A stretch of 64,000 nt of DNA from an uncultured Planctomycetales bacterium. Its GTDB lineage: Bacteria; Omnitrophota; Gorgyraeia; Zapsychrales; JANLHA01. The stretch spans positions 22,148 to 86,147 of the forward strand of contig CAYVEC010000004.1 in assembly GCA_964450385.1 (NCBI GenBank). Direction: 5' to 3'. The translations under genes were made by a program, and so were the position numbers. The notes under the pieces are model-generated. The model was not told the origin of the DNA, did no database searches, and worked only from the letters and a program-made list of their open reading frames with translations. Below are positions 36,801-48,800 of this stretch, in pieces; the stretch's first letter is position 1; the number at the start of each line of letters is the position of its first letter.

Positions 36801-39800
36801 CCGGTTCTCGGGCGCCGGCCGGAATCCGCTCATGGAGATGCTCAAGGCGATGTCGGCCTTGAATGATGCGGCCGTGATCGAGTTCGAGGAAAAGGAGGCC
36901 CTCCATAAGGCAGAGGAGGCCGCCTCAGCCGGCCAGAATGATTTTGTCGCGGCCTTGAATCATGCTGCCTATGAACTTGAAAAGCTGAACCGCGCGCTGG
37001 ATGCGAGCCGTGATGAGGCGATCGCGCGGATCAAGACGCTTCCTATTTCGGAGAGCGAGCGCGAGGAGAGGATCTTCTGGGTCGAGGCCTACCGCGCACA
37101 TCTCTCGACCCTTCCTGAGTACAGCCTGCCGGGGATGGTGATTTTGCCGAACGGCGAAGTGTTCATCCATACGACCGGGGTCAGGGCTGAGATCCCGATG
37201 TCTGACCCGACGCGCGATTTCAGCGAGGCGATGTTCTTCCGCGGCGGCGGCGGGTATCAGCAATTCTACACGTCAACGGAATATGGAAATCTGGATTTTG
37301 CGATCGGTCAGATGGAGGCGGCGGTTCCGGGAGCGGCCCAGCATCAGAGCGCGATGGTGATGGTCAACCTGACGCCTGAGCAGTCGCGGCTGATCCTCCG
37401 GTCGGGGGTTGGGATGAGCGAACAATATCGGTATATCGACAGCGCGGATCCGAAAAAGGACGGCGAGGATCAGACGGAGCGGGCGATCCTCTTCCTTCAG
37501 ACCGTGGGCGCCGAAAGTGCTGACGGCAAATTACGGATGGTCGTGACGGGCTTTGCCCGGGTGAAGACACGGGGCGATCATGAGGTGATCGGCGGGGCTC
37601 AGGGCGGCGTGTATTATGACATCAATCCGGCGAATCAGGTGAAGTTCGAATTCGGGTCTGCCGGGGCTGACAGCCGTTCAGCCGGCAGGATCCTGATCGA
37701 GGATCCGTTCACCGGACGAAAGGTTGTTGACGAGAAGGTCTCGGTCGAGAACAAGGACCGTGTTAATTATCAACAGATGACATTTACCCATGCGCTTAAT
37801 GACAAGACAAAGGTGCGGATTTCGCTTCATCGTGAATTTGAGTCCGCGACCATGGGGCTTGGGTCTGACCGCGTTGACTATTTTGGTATGGTCGGGATGG
37901 AACGGCAATTTAAGGTCGGGGCCCAGACCCTGACCCTGTCGGGCGATGTCTCGCCTGATCTGAACAGGGCTGAGGCCGCGGCTCGGCTCGGACGATTCTA
38001 TGCGAGCGTCGGCATGGTCGAGGAGGCGCGGTATTACCGCCTTGCCGCGAAGATCACCGAGACGCTCACGGCCCAATTCGGCGAGTCTGCTGCGGGCGAG
38101 ATGGCCTACGGTCTTATGTATGGGAAGGGCGGGGTTGACTGGGTCGCGGGGATCAGCGGTGATGCCCCGGCGGCCGGGGTTCGGTTTGATGTAGAGGTCT
38201 TGGGGCATCTTCTCGCGAAATTGCACGGGGAAAATCCCGAGGCGGCGAAGACATTGTGGGAAGTGAACCGGCAGGATATTTCTCAATTGTCCGAGACGGA
38301 ACAGCAGGTCTTCGGCAGCCTCGGCGCAAAGATCGTTGATCAAGCCGTCGACATGCGCAAGCCCGATGAACACCGACGGTCGATGGAGACGTTCTTAGGG
38401 CTTTTTGTGAATGCTGCTACGGGCAACCGTATCCAGCGCAGCCCGCAGGCCATTCAGGAATATCTTGATGCTTTACAATATCCTGCGCCGCGGATGGTCG
38501 CCCAGCTCGTTTATGGATCGGGTCATTCTGATATCGCCGGAACATTCATGCTGACACCTGAGGACGTGGGGTTGGCCTATCAGGTGAAAAAGGTTTATGA
38601 GTCAAATGAGTACCGCGAGCGATATCACCTCGAACGCGATCCGATCGACGCGACGCGTTACACCATGCGCGGCATCTGGACGTCGCCTGAGGGGGAGGTC
38701 CTGCCGTTCACGGTTTCTCTTGGCGAGCGACAGCTCGTCATCCTGCCGGAGCATTTTGACCGGTTGTCCACCATGAAGGGGCTGTCTCACCAGTATCCGA
38801 TGGTTGCGATCGCCGCGAATCAGGCATGGCTCACACAGGAACAGACGAATGTTTACGGCTATGCGTATCATTGGGGCGAGACAAGGGTCTCGATCACGGA
38901 TAACAATTTTGACGCCTGGCTTGACGCGGTTTTCGCCAATGGGACGATCGAGACGATCACCTTGAAGCAGATCGATCGGGCGACAGGGTTGCAGGCGGAG
39001 CGTTTTGTGATGAGGGACGGCCAGGGTCGTCTCTGGGATCTTGAGCTTACGGCCGAAGGGATCAGCCGGATCGCGGATCGGACGCGTGAGATGTTTGCGA
39101 TCGTGACCGAGCATGGGACTGTCTATGTGCCGTCTGAGGATGAGGAAAAAGCTCAGCCGGCATACAGCATGTATTATCGCCGCGATCCCCAGATTGGAAA
39201 ATATATCTATTCTGTTCCTGCGCCGGAGAGGATGAGAGGCTCCGGAAAGACGTTTATCGGCGGGGAAGACGGCAGGGAATATATCGGGGTTAAGGTGCCG
39301 GCCAGCCAGGCGGCTCGTGAGAAGGCCCTTGACGAGAAGTGGAATGCCGAGGAGCCTGATTCAGTTCCGACTCCGGCGGCACAGGAGCAGGGCGGGGCAG
39401 CGACTGAGAAGGCGGCTCCGGCGGATTCTGATAGCGATGAGAAGACGTTAGATGAGTTGAAAAAGGAGCGGGACGCGATCATGAAGTCGATCATGGAGAA
39501 GCCCGCTGCTCAGCCGGCCGTTCCGAACGCGGGTCTTGAGGGGGCGGTGCTTCCGGTTGTACCGGCGGCCCTTCCGGTCATGGCCCCGGCCGTTTTGCCT
39601 GCGCCGATGGGATTATTCGCGCGGTGTTGGGAAGGCGTGGTTCTCGGGATCGAGGGGGTCTTTGGTGTGACCTCGGCGAGCGCTGATGAGACCCCGATGC
39701 CGGCAGGCGCTGATATTAGAGGATGGACGTTCTCTGATGTGGCAACCGGCAAGGGACTTCTGGATGGTCCGGCCTGGAACACAGCGCATCTTACCCCGAT

Positions 39801-42800
39801 AAAGGAGGCCGGTGCGAGCGTCGTTCGAACCTATACACCGCCGTCAGCGGCGTTTATCACGGCGGCCCAGGCCCAGGGCCTTCAGTTGATCGTTGGTATC
39901 CCGTGGCAGTCGCCTGTCCAGGGCGGGGTGGACATTAAGAGCGGCAATTATAAAGACTATATCGCGGCGTGGAAAGATTCAGGCGCTATTCGGTATTGGG
40001 AGCTTGGCAATGAATACAATTATCTCTTTAACAATCATCCGTCGCTGAGCCCGGACGGTCAAGGGGCTGATTCCTGGTACGCTGAATTAGAGAAGGCCGC
40101 TCAGGCGATTCGAGCGATTGATCCCAAGCACAGCGTGGCCACGGCTCATGGCGAGATCCCGAGCGCGGATGTTGTCAAGCGCGTGCCGAGCGTTCAGGTG
40201 TGGGGGATGAATATTTATCGTGATGATAACCCCGGGAGCGTGGTTGGCGAATGCGCTGAGCTTCGCGCCCAGTTCCCTGATCGCGACCTGAGGTTCTATA
40301 TTTCAGAGATGGGGGCAGATGCCTATGACGGCCGCGCGGCCCGCGAGGATGAGGAGGCCCAGGCCCGTATTGAAGCCGGCCTTTGGCGCGATCTCATGTT
40401 GGCGGTCTCGGCTGAGAAGGCCACGGCATGGTTCCACGGCGCGACGATGATGACATGGGTGGATGAGTATTGGAAGGATGCTACTGAAAATAATCCGGAG
40501 CAGCAGAGTGTCGGTTCCACCGGGGCGATCAATAATGCCGGCGACCGTCAGTCTCACGAGGAGTGGTATGGCGCGGTACGTGCGGATGGTACACCGAGGG
40601 CCGTCTATCGGCGGCTGCAGTCGATATGGGGGGGCCAGGGCGACATCGTGATCGTTGTTCAGAACGATGAGCGCTGGCAGCGGAAGGCCCAGTTGTCCCG
40701 CCTGGCAGCGATTGACCGCCGCATCAGGGCCATTGAGGCGAAGAAGGCGGTTGTAGCGGCCGCGGCGGCAAAGACGCCTGTGGATGCTGTTGCGAAGACC
40801 ACGAAGCCTGATGGCGAGGTCGTTTATCTGACAGCAGAACAGGTTAATAGTAACGACATGAAGGTCTCCTTCGTTCATTTAAAAGATCCGCTGAGGGGTG
40901 GGTATCTTTATTTCAATGATACGAACGAGAACGGCGAGATGGATAAGAATGAAGAGACGGTTGTTGAGCCCCAGCCTGATCAATCGACGCGCGGGGCTCG
41001 TTGGCTGCCCGTCTTGACCCCGGTCGTCGAGGCGCAGGGCCGGCAGGCCGTGGTTCAATTTAAAGCGAGCGCGCCGTACGTCCGCGAATTCCGCGCGCTT
41101 CATCAGGGGCGCCTCTACCTCTCCGAGGATGGCAAGACATTAAATATTGGAACCGAAGGGACCGTTGATCAATGGGTCATGGGCCGTATCGGGGTTTATG
41201 ATACCGAGGCGCAGCGTTTCTGGATCCCGTTGACGGTTCGGGGATGGCGCCGGCTCAATGACGCGGATCCGACGAACGGGTACATCACAGGGGTTGAGAT
41301 TGGCAAGGATGCTGCGAATGATCCGGTCTATAAACTCTATGCGCATCAGTTTACGACACAGGCCGGACAAACCGTCGAAGGGGCGGTTATCGAGCTTTCA
41401 CGGCTCGGGCGCACGTATGCCGAAAGTGAGGAGATGCGGCTCATGCGCGCGTTCGGGGTTGCTCAGACGGAAAATTTTGGGTCCGTTCCGTTCTCGCAGG
41501 GCGGCGTGATCCAGGGCATGCTCCGCGATGAGATGTATTTTACAGGCACGCCGGTTGAGGGGAAGACGGATCCGAAGGGGCGGTCGGTTTATCGGAACGA
41601 GGTCAATAACTTTACGGTTCAGGGGCCGGAAAGTCAGCCGATGCCGGCGGGGACAACGGTTTTGAAGATCGGCCGAGAGAGCGAATTCAACGAGACTGAA
41701 CTCCGCAGCCTGAGATCCGGCTATGGCTTCCTCGATCATCCGGTGCACGGTCGGTTCTATATTAACCGGGCCCTCTGGGAACAGTTGTCAGCCGACGGCG
41801 GTATTGAGGTTGAACAGGCCGCAGGCACAGACGGCACCCACAGAGAGGATTTTATCCTCAGGGCCGGTGCCAATGTCCAATATCAGAATATGGATCTTTC
41901 CGGCGCGGTCATGAAGCCGGGCAAACGCGCCCAGCCGTATCTCTATAAGGGGTATGCTGAGAAGGTTTTTGCTGGACATGATATTGTCCTGTTCCGTGAG
42001 GGGCAGGTCGACAAGATCTATCCATCTCTTGATGAATTAACACAATTGTGGCACGAGGACACAGGGCTTCTTGAGATATACGGTGAAGAGGTGATTGATG
42101 AGTTCGAAGAGGCGCAGACGGTGATGCGGATCGCGCGAGATGTCGGGCCGATGAAGAGGGGCGACGTCCTTGAGGTGAGAAAAGGGTCCGCTGCCGCGGC
42201 CTGGTTGGACAGCATCCGCAATAGATATTTTGGAGAAGACGTTCTCGGCGCTTATCACACACCGCAGGGAACGATCCTCATTAGTGAGGAGAGCGAGATT
42301 GCTTCGTTGATCGATCGGGAGGTCGGCAAGTCAGGGAAGATCAATCTCAGAGGCGTTCCGGTTCCTGGCAAAGATGCTCTGACCCTTCATGTGACGCGAG
42401 ATTTTGAAGTCAGAGGGATGGCGGTGGCAAAGGGCTCGGTCTTGGAATTCCATCCGAAGTCCCGGACAGCGGAAAAGATAGAGCTGGCGAAGGAGTCGTG
42501 GGAACTTGGCTCGGTTGATACATTCATGGGTTCATTTGAGTTAAGCGCGGACATGTTGTTGGATGTATTGATCAAAGCGAACGGCCGGATGGTGGTCACG
42601 CCGGCAGTCGACGCCTTCCATGATGTCGCGTATGTCTGGGAAGGACGCGATGTTGAGATCGCTGGCGTGCTCTATGACGAGGCTGTTTCTAATATGAAAG
42701 AGGAGGCCTTTGTCCATGTCAAACAAAGTATAGATGAACTTGCACAGGGCATGGATCTGGTCAGCGGCCGCGACGAGGTGCTCACTCACATCACCCTGCC

Positions 42801-45800
42801 TGATGGCGGTCAGATCCCGTTAACGATCGGGATGCTGTCAGATCTTATGCTCAGGCAGAACGGCGGCGCGAAGGGGGCTCTCGGGATCCTCTCACATCGC
42901 GATGAACGCGGCATCCGTCACGCTCAATGGGTGATCTTTGGTTATGTGCATCATGACGCGTCCGAGACTCGCGTGATCGACAGTGCACCGGTGGAGATGA
43001 CGCTCAAGATGATGGCTGCTATGAAGAGATTGTCTGCGGGCCGGTATGTGGTGACCGAAACAAACGGCACAGCCTACTACATGGATACGATCAATCTTGG
43101 TGAGATGTTGAGCCCGAAGAACGCGGGACGGTATAAGCAGGTTGCCTGGAATGGTGAGGATGGCGAGCCGGTGCGCCGCTACTACCTCGGTGATTCCCTT
43201 GAGACCACCCTGGTCGAGAGCATCGCGGTTTCGGATAGCAAGAATGCCGAGAGACCGATATATCGGGTGATGAGCGATGGGACATTGGGCGAGCAGATCG
43301 CCACGGCTAGATGGATGCGGGAGGTTGATCAAGAATTTGAGATCGACGGGGCACCTGAACGCATTCAGGCTCAGGTTTATGAAAAACGATCCTATCCGTC
43401 AGGGCTTTATGAGGACGCCCTTGGCGTTGCCCGTGACGGGAAGACGGTCCTTGAATTTTATCGGCGGCCGATCATTCTGGCCAATGGGAAATCGGTGGAA
43501 GGCAAGGTCATTGTCGGGTTCCGCAGCCGCGAGGATCGTCCAGTCTATTATTACAACACGAGTTATGAGCTTCTTGACCGCGAGGGGAATCCTCTCCGTG
43601 AGAGCACAAAGGATTGTGTTGTCGGCCGCGCGGTCAGGACCGGGGATCGGTTGGCCGAGCTTCCTGAAGGCCTGCCAGAGGCGTTCCGTAAGGCCTATGC
43701 CCGCGCCGAGGTTGTGGGCGGGATTTCGATCGCGGAGGAGAGGGATTTCAATGATAATTTCGTCCGCGGGTATCTCATCCAGATCGGCGGCAGGGATGAG
43801 ATCATAGGGCGTATTCAACAGTCTTTTGAAGGCACGGAAAGGAATCGTTTTTCGATTGAATTTTCCTTCAAGATAGACGGCAGAGAACAGCTTGTTAAAT
43901 ATGACGCGCACAAGAACGGCACCTTGTACACGACGGATGATGGGCCTCGTTCCGTGTTCTCTGTGGCAGCGGTGGATGCGACGAGCGGCAAGAAGGCGCT
44001 TGCCTATAGCTTTAAGGTAGAGAATCCTACCGAGGGCCTTGGAAAGCTTCTCCGAGTTGGCGCCACGAGTGAAGAGATCCTGCAGGGCCTTGCCGAAGCT
44101 GCTCAAGCCGGGATCCTTCAAGAGGCAACGATCCTTGAGTACCAGGGGGTTCCTGGGGCGCTGGGCCTTGCCAACCAATCAACAACGTATCGTTGGAATG
44201 AAGGATGGGAGGAGATAGACAGAAGCCGGTTGACGTATACCGATGGAAGCCTTATTGAGGACATTAACAATGCCGATGTGAGGCGGCTGCGCGATGGCAT
44301 GGATCGGATCTATTTCAGAGGCCAGAAGTCGTTTAGGCACGACGGCCTTCGTATGACAACTGAGTATGCGGAAAGCAAGACGATCTCGGGGGATATGGTA
44401 GCAACGGCTACGGGCAAGACAGGGGAAAATGGGGACTTCATCCCGAATTCTAAGATCTATAGTTTTTATTCACATGGCGAGCAGCTCAGCGGGGTTTATG
44501 ATGTGGCCTCTAAAACGGTGCGCACGATCTTTGATGAGAACGGACAGGAGAGGATCGACGGATATTCTAACAATACGGCCGTGAAGGACGGGAAGGTTTA
44601 TTACAAGACAAAGCAGGGTCAGGTGACCGATGAGGTGGCCCAGAAGTTTGCCGCAAGCGAGGACAAGTATGATTTTCTGGCAACACATTTGGCTAAGCAT
44701 CATGACATTTCGTTTAAACACATTAAATTGGTTCGAGAAGAAGTGCAGACTATCAATGGCCAATTAGTTGCCGTGATGAGCGGGCATCAGCAGCGCCAGG
44801 AAGACAACCGCCTGCCAGTTTCAGGAACAGCCAGATATATGATGACATTTGAGTATCCGACCCATGGAGAGCGGCGCTTTGCTAATGAGGTCGTGATGTA
44901 TGCGGTGAATCATGGCGACCTGAAGAATCCAGAGGTTTATGGGGAGAAACGCGAGATCAGCTGGTCAAAGAACCCGCGCTTTATGGTGGCGAAAGATGTT
45001 TCTGGTCAACCGGTTGCAGTCGTTGTTTATGACACAGAGGAAACCCGCAAGTCGAAACAAAGTCTGGCTGGCCGCGCGTTACGGTTAGATAACGGCAACA
45101 TCTTCGCAGAATACCAGCAAGGGAGATTTTTATCCACCAGAGATGCGGCGACCTTCTATTCAGAGCAGGGATTCCCTGTTCAGACGGATCGAGTGGCGAA
45201 TGGGTTTGACGCGGCTCTTGGTAATAGCGGCTTCAGGCGGCCGTTCCAGCGCCATTACATTGTTCAGGTCAATCCTGAGGATATGAGCTCTGAGGTCTCC
45301 AAGTTGGAGCGGAAGAACGGTCCTGTTAACGGATACTTCTTTATTTTCAATGAGGATGTCAGGTCAGGGCGCAGCGGCAGGGAGGTCTGCCTGGACATCG
45401 TTTCGTTTAACGATGCCTTCTTTAATAATAATTTATTGGGTGGTCTGCAGATGACAGAAGAGGTCTGGAACAGATATTTCGGTCCGCAGAGTGCCGGCCG
45501 GATTTTTGCGAATGTCGGGATCGGGGGCTATTCGAGCACGCGTGATCTGGTCCAACGCGGTGTTGCTTTATATCACGAAGACGACATGATTTATGAGAAG
45601 CCCAGCCTGATGAGCCCGGAGCGGTGGATGGATTATGAGGGCCGCGGGTTTAAGGAATATTTTGAGATTCATGACCGGCACAATGTGAAGAATTCCTGGA
45701 TCGGCAACGCCGGCAAATTACTTACAAACGAGTGCCTGTATCCGGTTGTCTTTGTAACAACCATCGCGTTTGTGCTCGTGTCGTTGATTACGGTTTTTGG

Positions 45801-48800
45801 TCTGATGAACACTACGGGATTGATTTCAGTGCTTCATTTTAGCGGACTTGGGAAGACCGAGTGGGGCCGCCGGCTGAACGAGGCATCGCAGAGTCTCGGC
45901 GTGAGAATAGCCGAGGCATGGTTGAAAAAGGTGTTTGGGTGGATCGTGGGTGCCGGCGTGATGTTTATGATCGGACTCATCGGGTCTAATATCGTGACCG
46001 GCGGGGAGCTGATCTTTTCGTCGTTCGGGCTTTCGATGGGGTATTGGATGATGGGGATCTGGCTTGGCATTATTTTTATTAAGCACGCCTTCATCCCCTT
46101 GGCCGGCTGGCTGCTCGCCAAGCGGGTGACGCCTAAAACACTGCCGAAACAATATCATCCGATGCGTTTTGATATATGGAAGCGTGTTCGCGCCGGCTTT
46201 ATTGATCGTCATTTGAATCTGGCGGGCGCGTTTTTTGAATATGAAATGATGCTCTATGATCAGGATTTGACACGGCTTATGGATCATTTTTATCCTGATC
46301 AGGGGGGCAATAAACGGATAATGGACTATCGCGTGGAGATTAGCAAAGACATTGAAACCTATAATCGCATGCAAGATGGTGATCCGCAAAAAGAAATACG
46401 GCGTCGTTCGATTATTGAGCGATGGTTTTTAAACCCGATCTTCCAGTTCTGGCTTATGGTCGAAACGGATCAGCACAAGAAGTCCGAAAATTATAATAAA
46501 GGGAAAAAGCCCCTTAAGTTGCTCGGGGTGTACGAGCGTCGCGGATTGGAGTACTTTGTCCTGAGCGACCGGGACCTCAGGCGGTTCTTTGAGGATTTCC
46601 TGAGCGAGGTTAAAAGAAATCCGGACGATTTTCTTAACGAAAAGAAGGAGCCGATGGCGAAATTTAATCTCCTTGAATATCTGATCAGGAAAGAATTGGC
46701 TACAGGGAAGGCCGATGATATCTACATTGCGGCTAAGGGCAGCAAACCTGACAAGGATTTTGATGTGATCGACGAGGCGTTCTTATTTGAGATTAAGAAG
46801 GCATTGAAAGAGAAATATAACGAGGTCGGGCTGAAACAGCCGTCGTTCCCGATTAAATTAAATAAGTGGTGGCACGTGATCTTTGTGTCTGCCGAGGCCA
46901 TCTTGTTTGTGTTAAGCGCCGTTATCCTTATTTCACCGATCTTGGCATGGATCGGCGTTCCTGGCATATCGGTTTTGATCGTGTCGTTGAGGGGCGCCTT
47001 GTTCTATGGCCTGGTCTTAGTCTGGTTTGGACGCATCATTGTGAAGTATCAGAAACATATTGTTTTCCATTTGACGGATTGGCCCAGGGCCTTGTTGAGG
47101 ATATTTGCGACGAAAAATGCTTATTATTATGATAAGGTCCGGACAGAGGATCTTACGGAGATTGTCGGACCCAGGGCGCCAGGATTATTTGATCGTCTTC
47201 TTGAACTTGGATATATCCGCCGGGATCGGGTGAATGCCTCCCGCGGCATTGTTCAAGATCTGAGTAGAGAGGTTACGTCTGAGCAGTTATTCGAAGCTAT
47301 CGGTGAGAGCGGATACACCGAGCAAGAGATCAAGGATGTACATCGTTTGTTGGTCAACCGCCTGAGACGGGCGGACCAGATCGCGGTTAAAGTTCATTTC
47401 TTCAAGGCGTATTGGACATGGCTCTTTTATTCGAATGCCGTTATCTGGTTGGGCGGGTGGTATTTCTTTAGCCTTGTCGCGCCTGGCGCATGGGCATGGG
47501 TTCCGGCGACATTCTTGCTGATCCTGATCTCGCGCGAGTCGATGAGAGGGTGGTGGTACCTCTTTGTTGAAGCGGCCATGCGGAGCATTGAGAAGAATCA
47601 GCGGTGGCATACATATAAATCCTACAAGCAGATTGACTGGGAGGGGATCGGTCTTGTCCGAGGCAATCCGCTGTTAAAAGAATTTTATAAAGAGGTTTTG
47701 GTGAACACGACCTTAAAGAAGATGTATCTTGTCGGGTCGGCCCACGCCGGAGCCCTCCTGCGCTTTATTGACGGGACCAGCGAGAGCATTGCGTCAGAGG
47801 TGCCCGGCATTGGGGCAGAGGCCCAGGAGGAGATCGTCAAATTCTTTAATCAGGTCATTATGGTGACGACCATCGCCGGCAGTGAAGAGAAGTTGATGCA
47901 GCAGATCGATGGGTGGGCATTACAGATGCTTTTACCGGCGGTCTTTAAGGGAACAGGGAAGAAGCGCATTCTGCCGTCTGTGGATTTCCTTGACGGGGAA
48001 GAGCTTGACGGCGAGAAATATAAGCAAAACAATCAGCTGATCAAGTCCGGGTTCTATATGTTAAAACACGCGAAGCATCAGTCGTGGAGGATCTTTATTG
48101 ATGAGGGCTTCCGGAAGGTCTTGGGCATTGAACTTGAACAGCGCGGGATGAAGGGGGTTCGGTTAACAGCCGATCAATGGAACGGGATGGTGGGGCAGCT
48201 CTTGGATTCTGACACGACCCTTCGACGATCGATCGACCTGGTTGCCGATTGCTTGTTGACCAATAAGCCTGGATTGGACAAAAAGAAGGTGCCTGAGGCT
48301 GTGGAGAGGGCGTTTATCACGGGGTGGATCATGTACCGTGCTGATGGGTATCTGAAGACACTGATCTTGAGTGAGATCGCGGCTGAGGCCGTTTATAAAG
48401 TATTTTTACGGTATCGGTATATGAAGATGCATCCGGATGCGGCCAGTCACTCCGAGAGCCAGGTGTGGCAGGGGATCTTCAGAGATGCGGTAACGGCTCG
48501 CTTGGCGCGGGTTGCCAGGCGGGATGGCCTGAGGGATCCGGAGTCAAATGATGTTGAGACCTTGATGAGCGGCCTCAGGAGTGACCTTGAGCGCCGCATG
48601 GGGGCGAAGCTTAGAAGGGATCTCGCGATCGAACTTGATAAGAAGGCCGCCGAGCTTACCGATGAGGAGTATGAGACGTACGTCTATAAAAAGCTTGCGT
48701 TGGCAGAATATCTTCAATTCGTTCATATCCATGAGGACATTGATCCGAATCTAAAAACAGCGGAGCAAAAAGAGGATCCGAAGGCGATCCGTGAGATCCT

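Noticed and set aside
41874-41882. Additional AATGTCCAA match deep inside the giant ORF
   Set aside because: A single 9-mer partial match without the flanking TT/AAAA of the upstream 13-mer cluster, plausibly a chance occurrence in 64 kb.
2287-44178. Numerous minus-strand ORFs of 60-307 aa in the track (for example 35020-35943, 22009-22782, 43399-44178, 3760-4410, 2287-3051, 32290-32904)
   Set aside because: All lie antisense to strongly coding + strand ORFs (tadB/tadC and the giant ORF). Their translations are Arg/Pro/Gly-rich low-complexity sequences typical of shadow ORFs in GC-rich DNA, with no recognisable motifs or start contexts.
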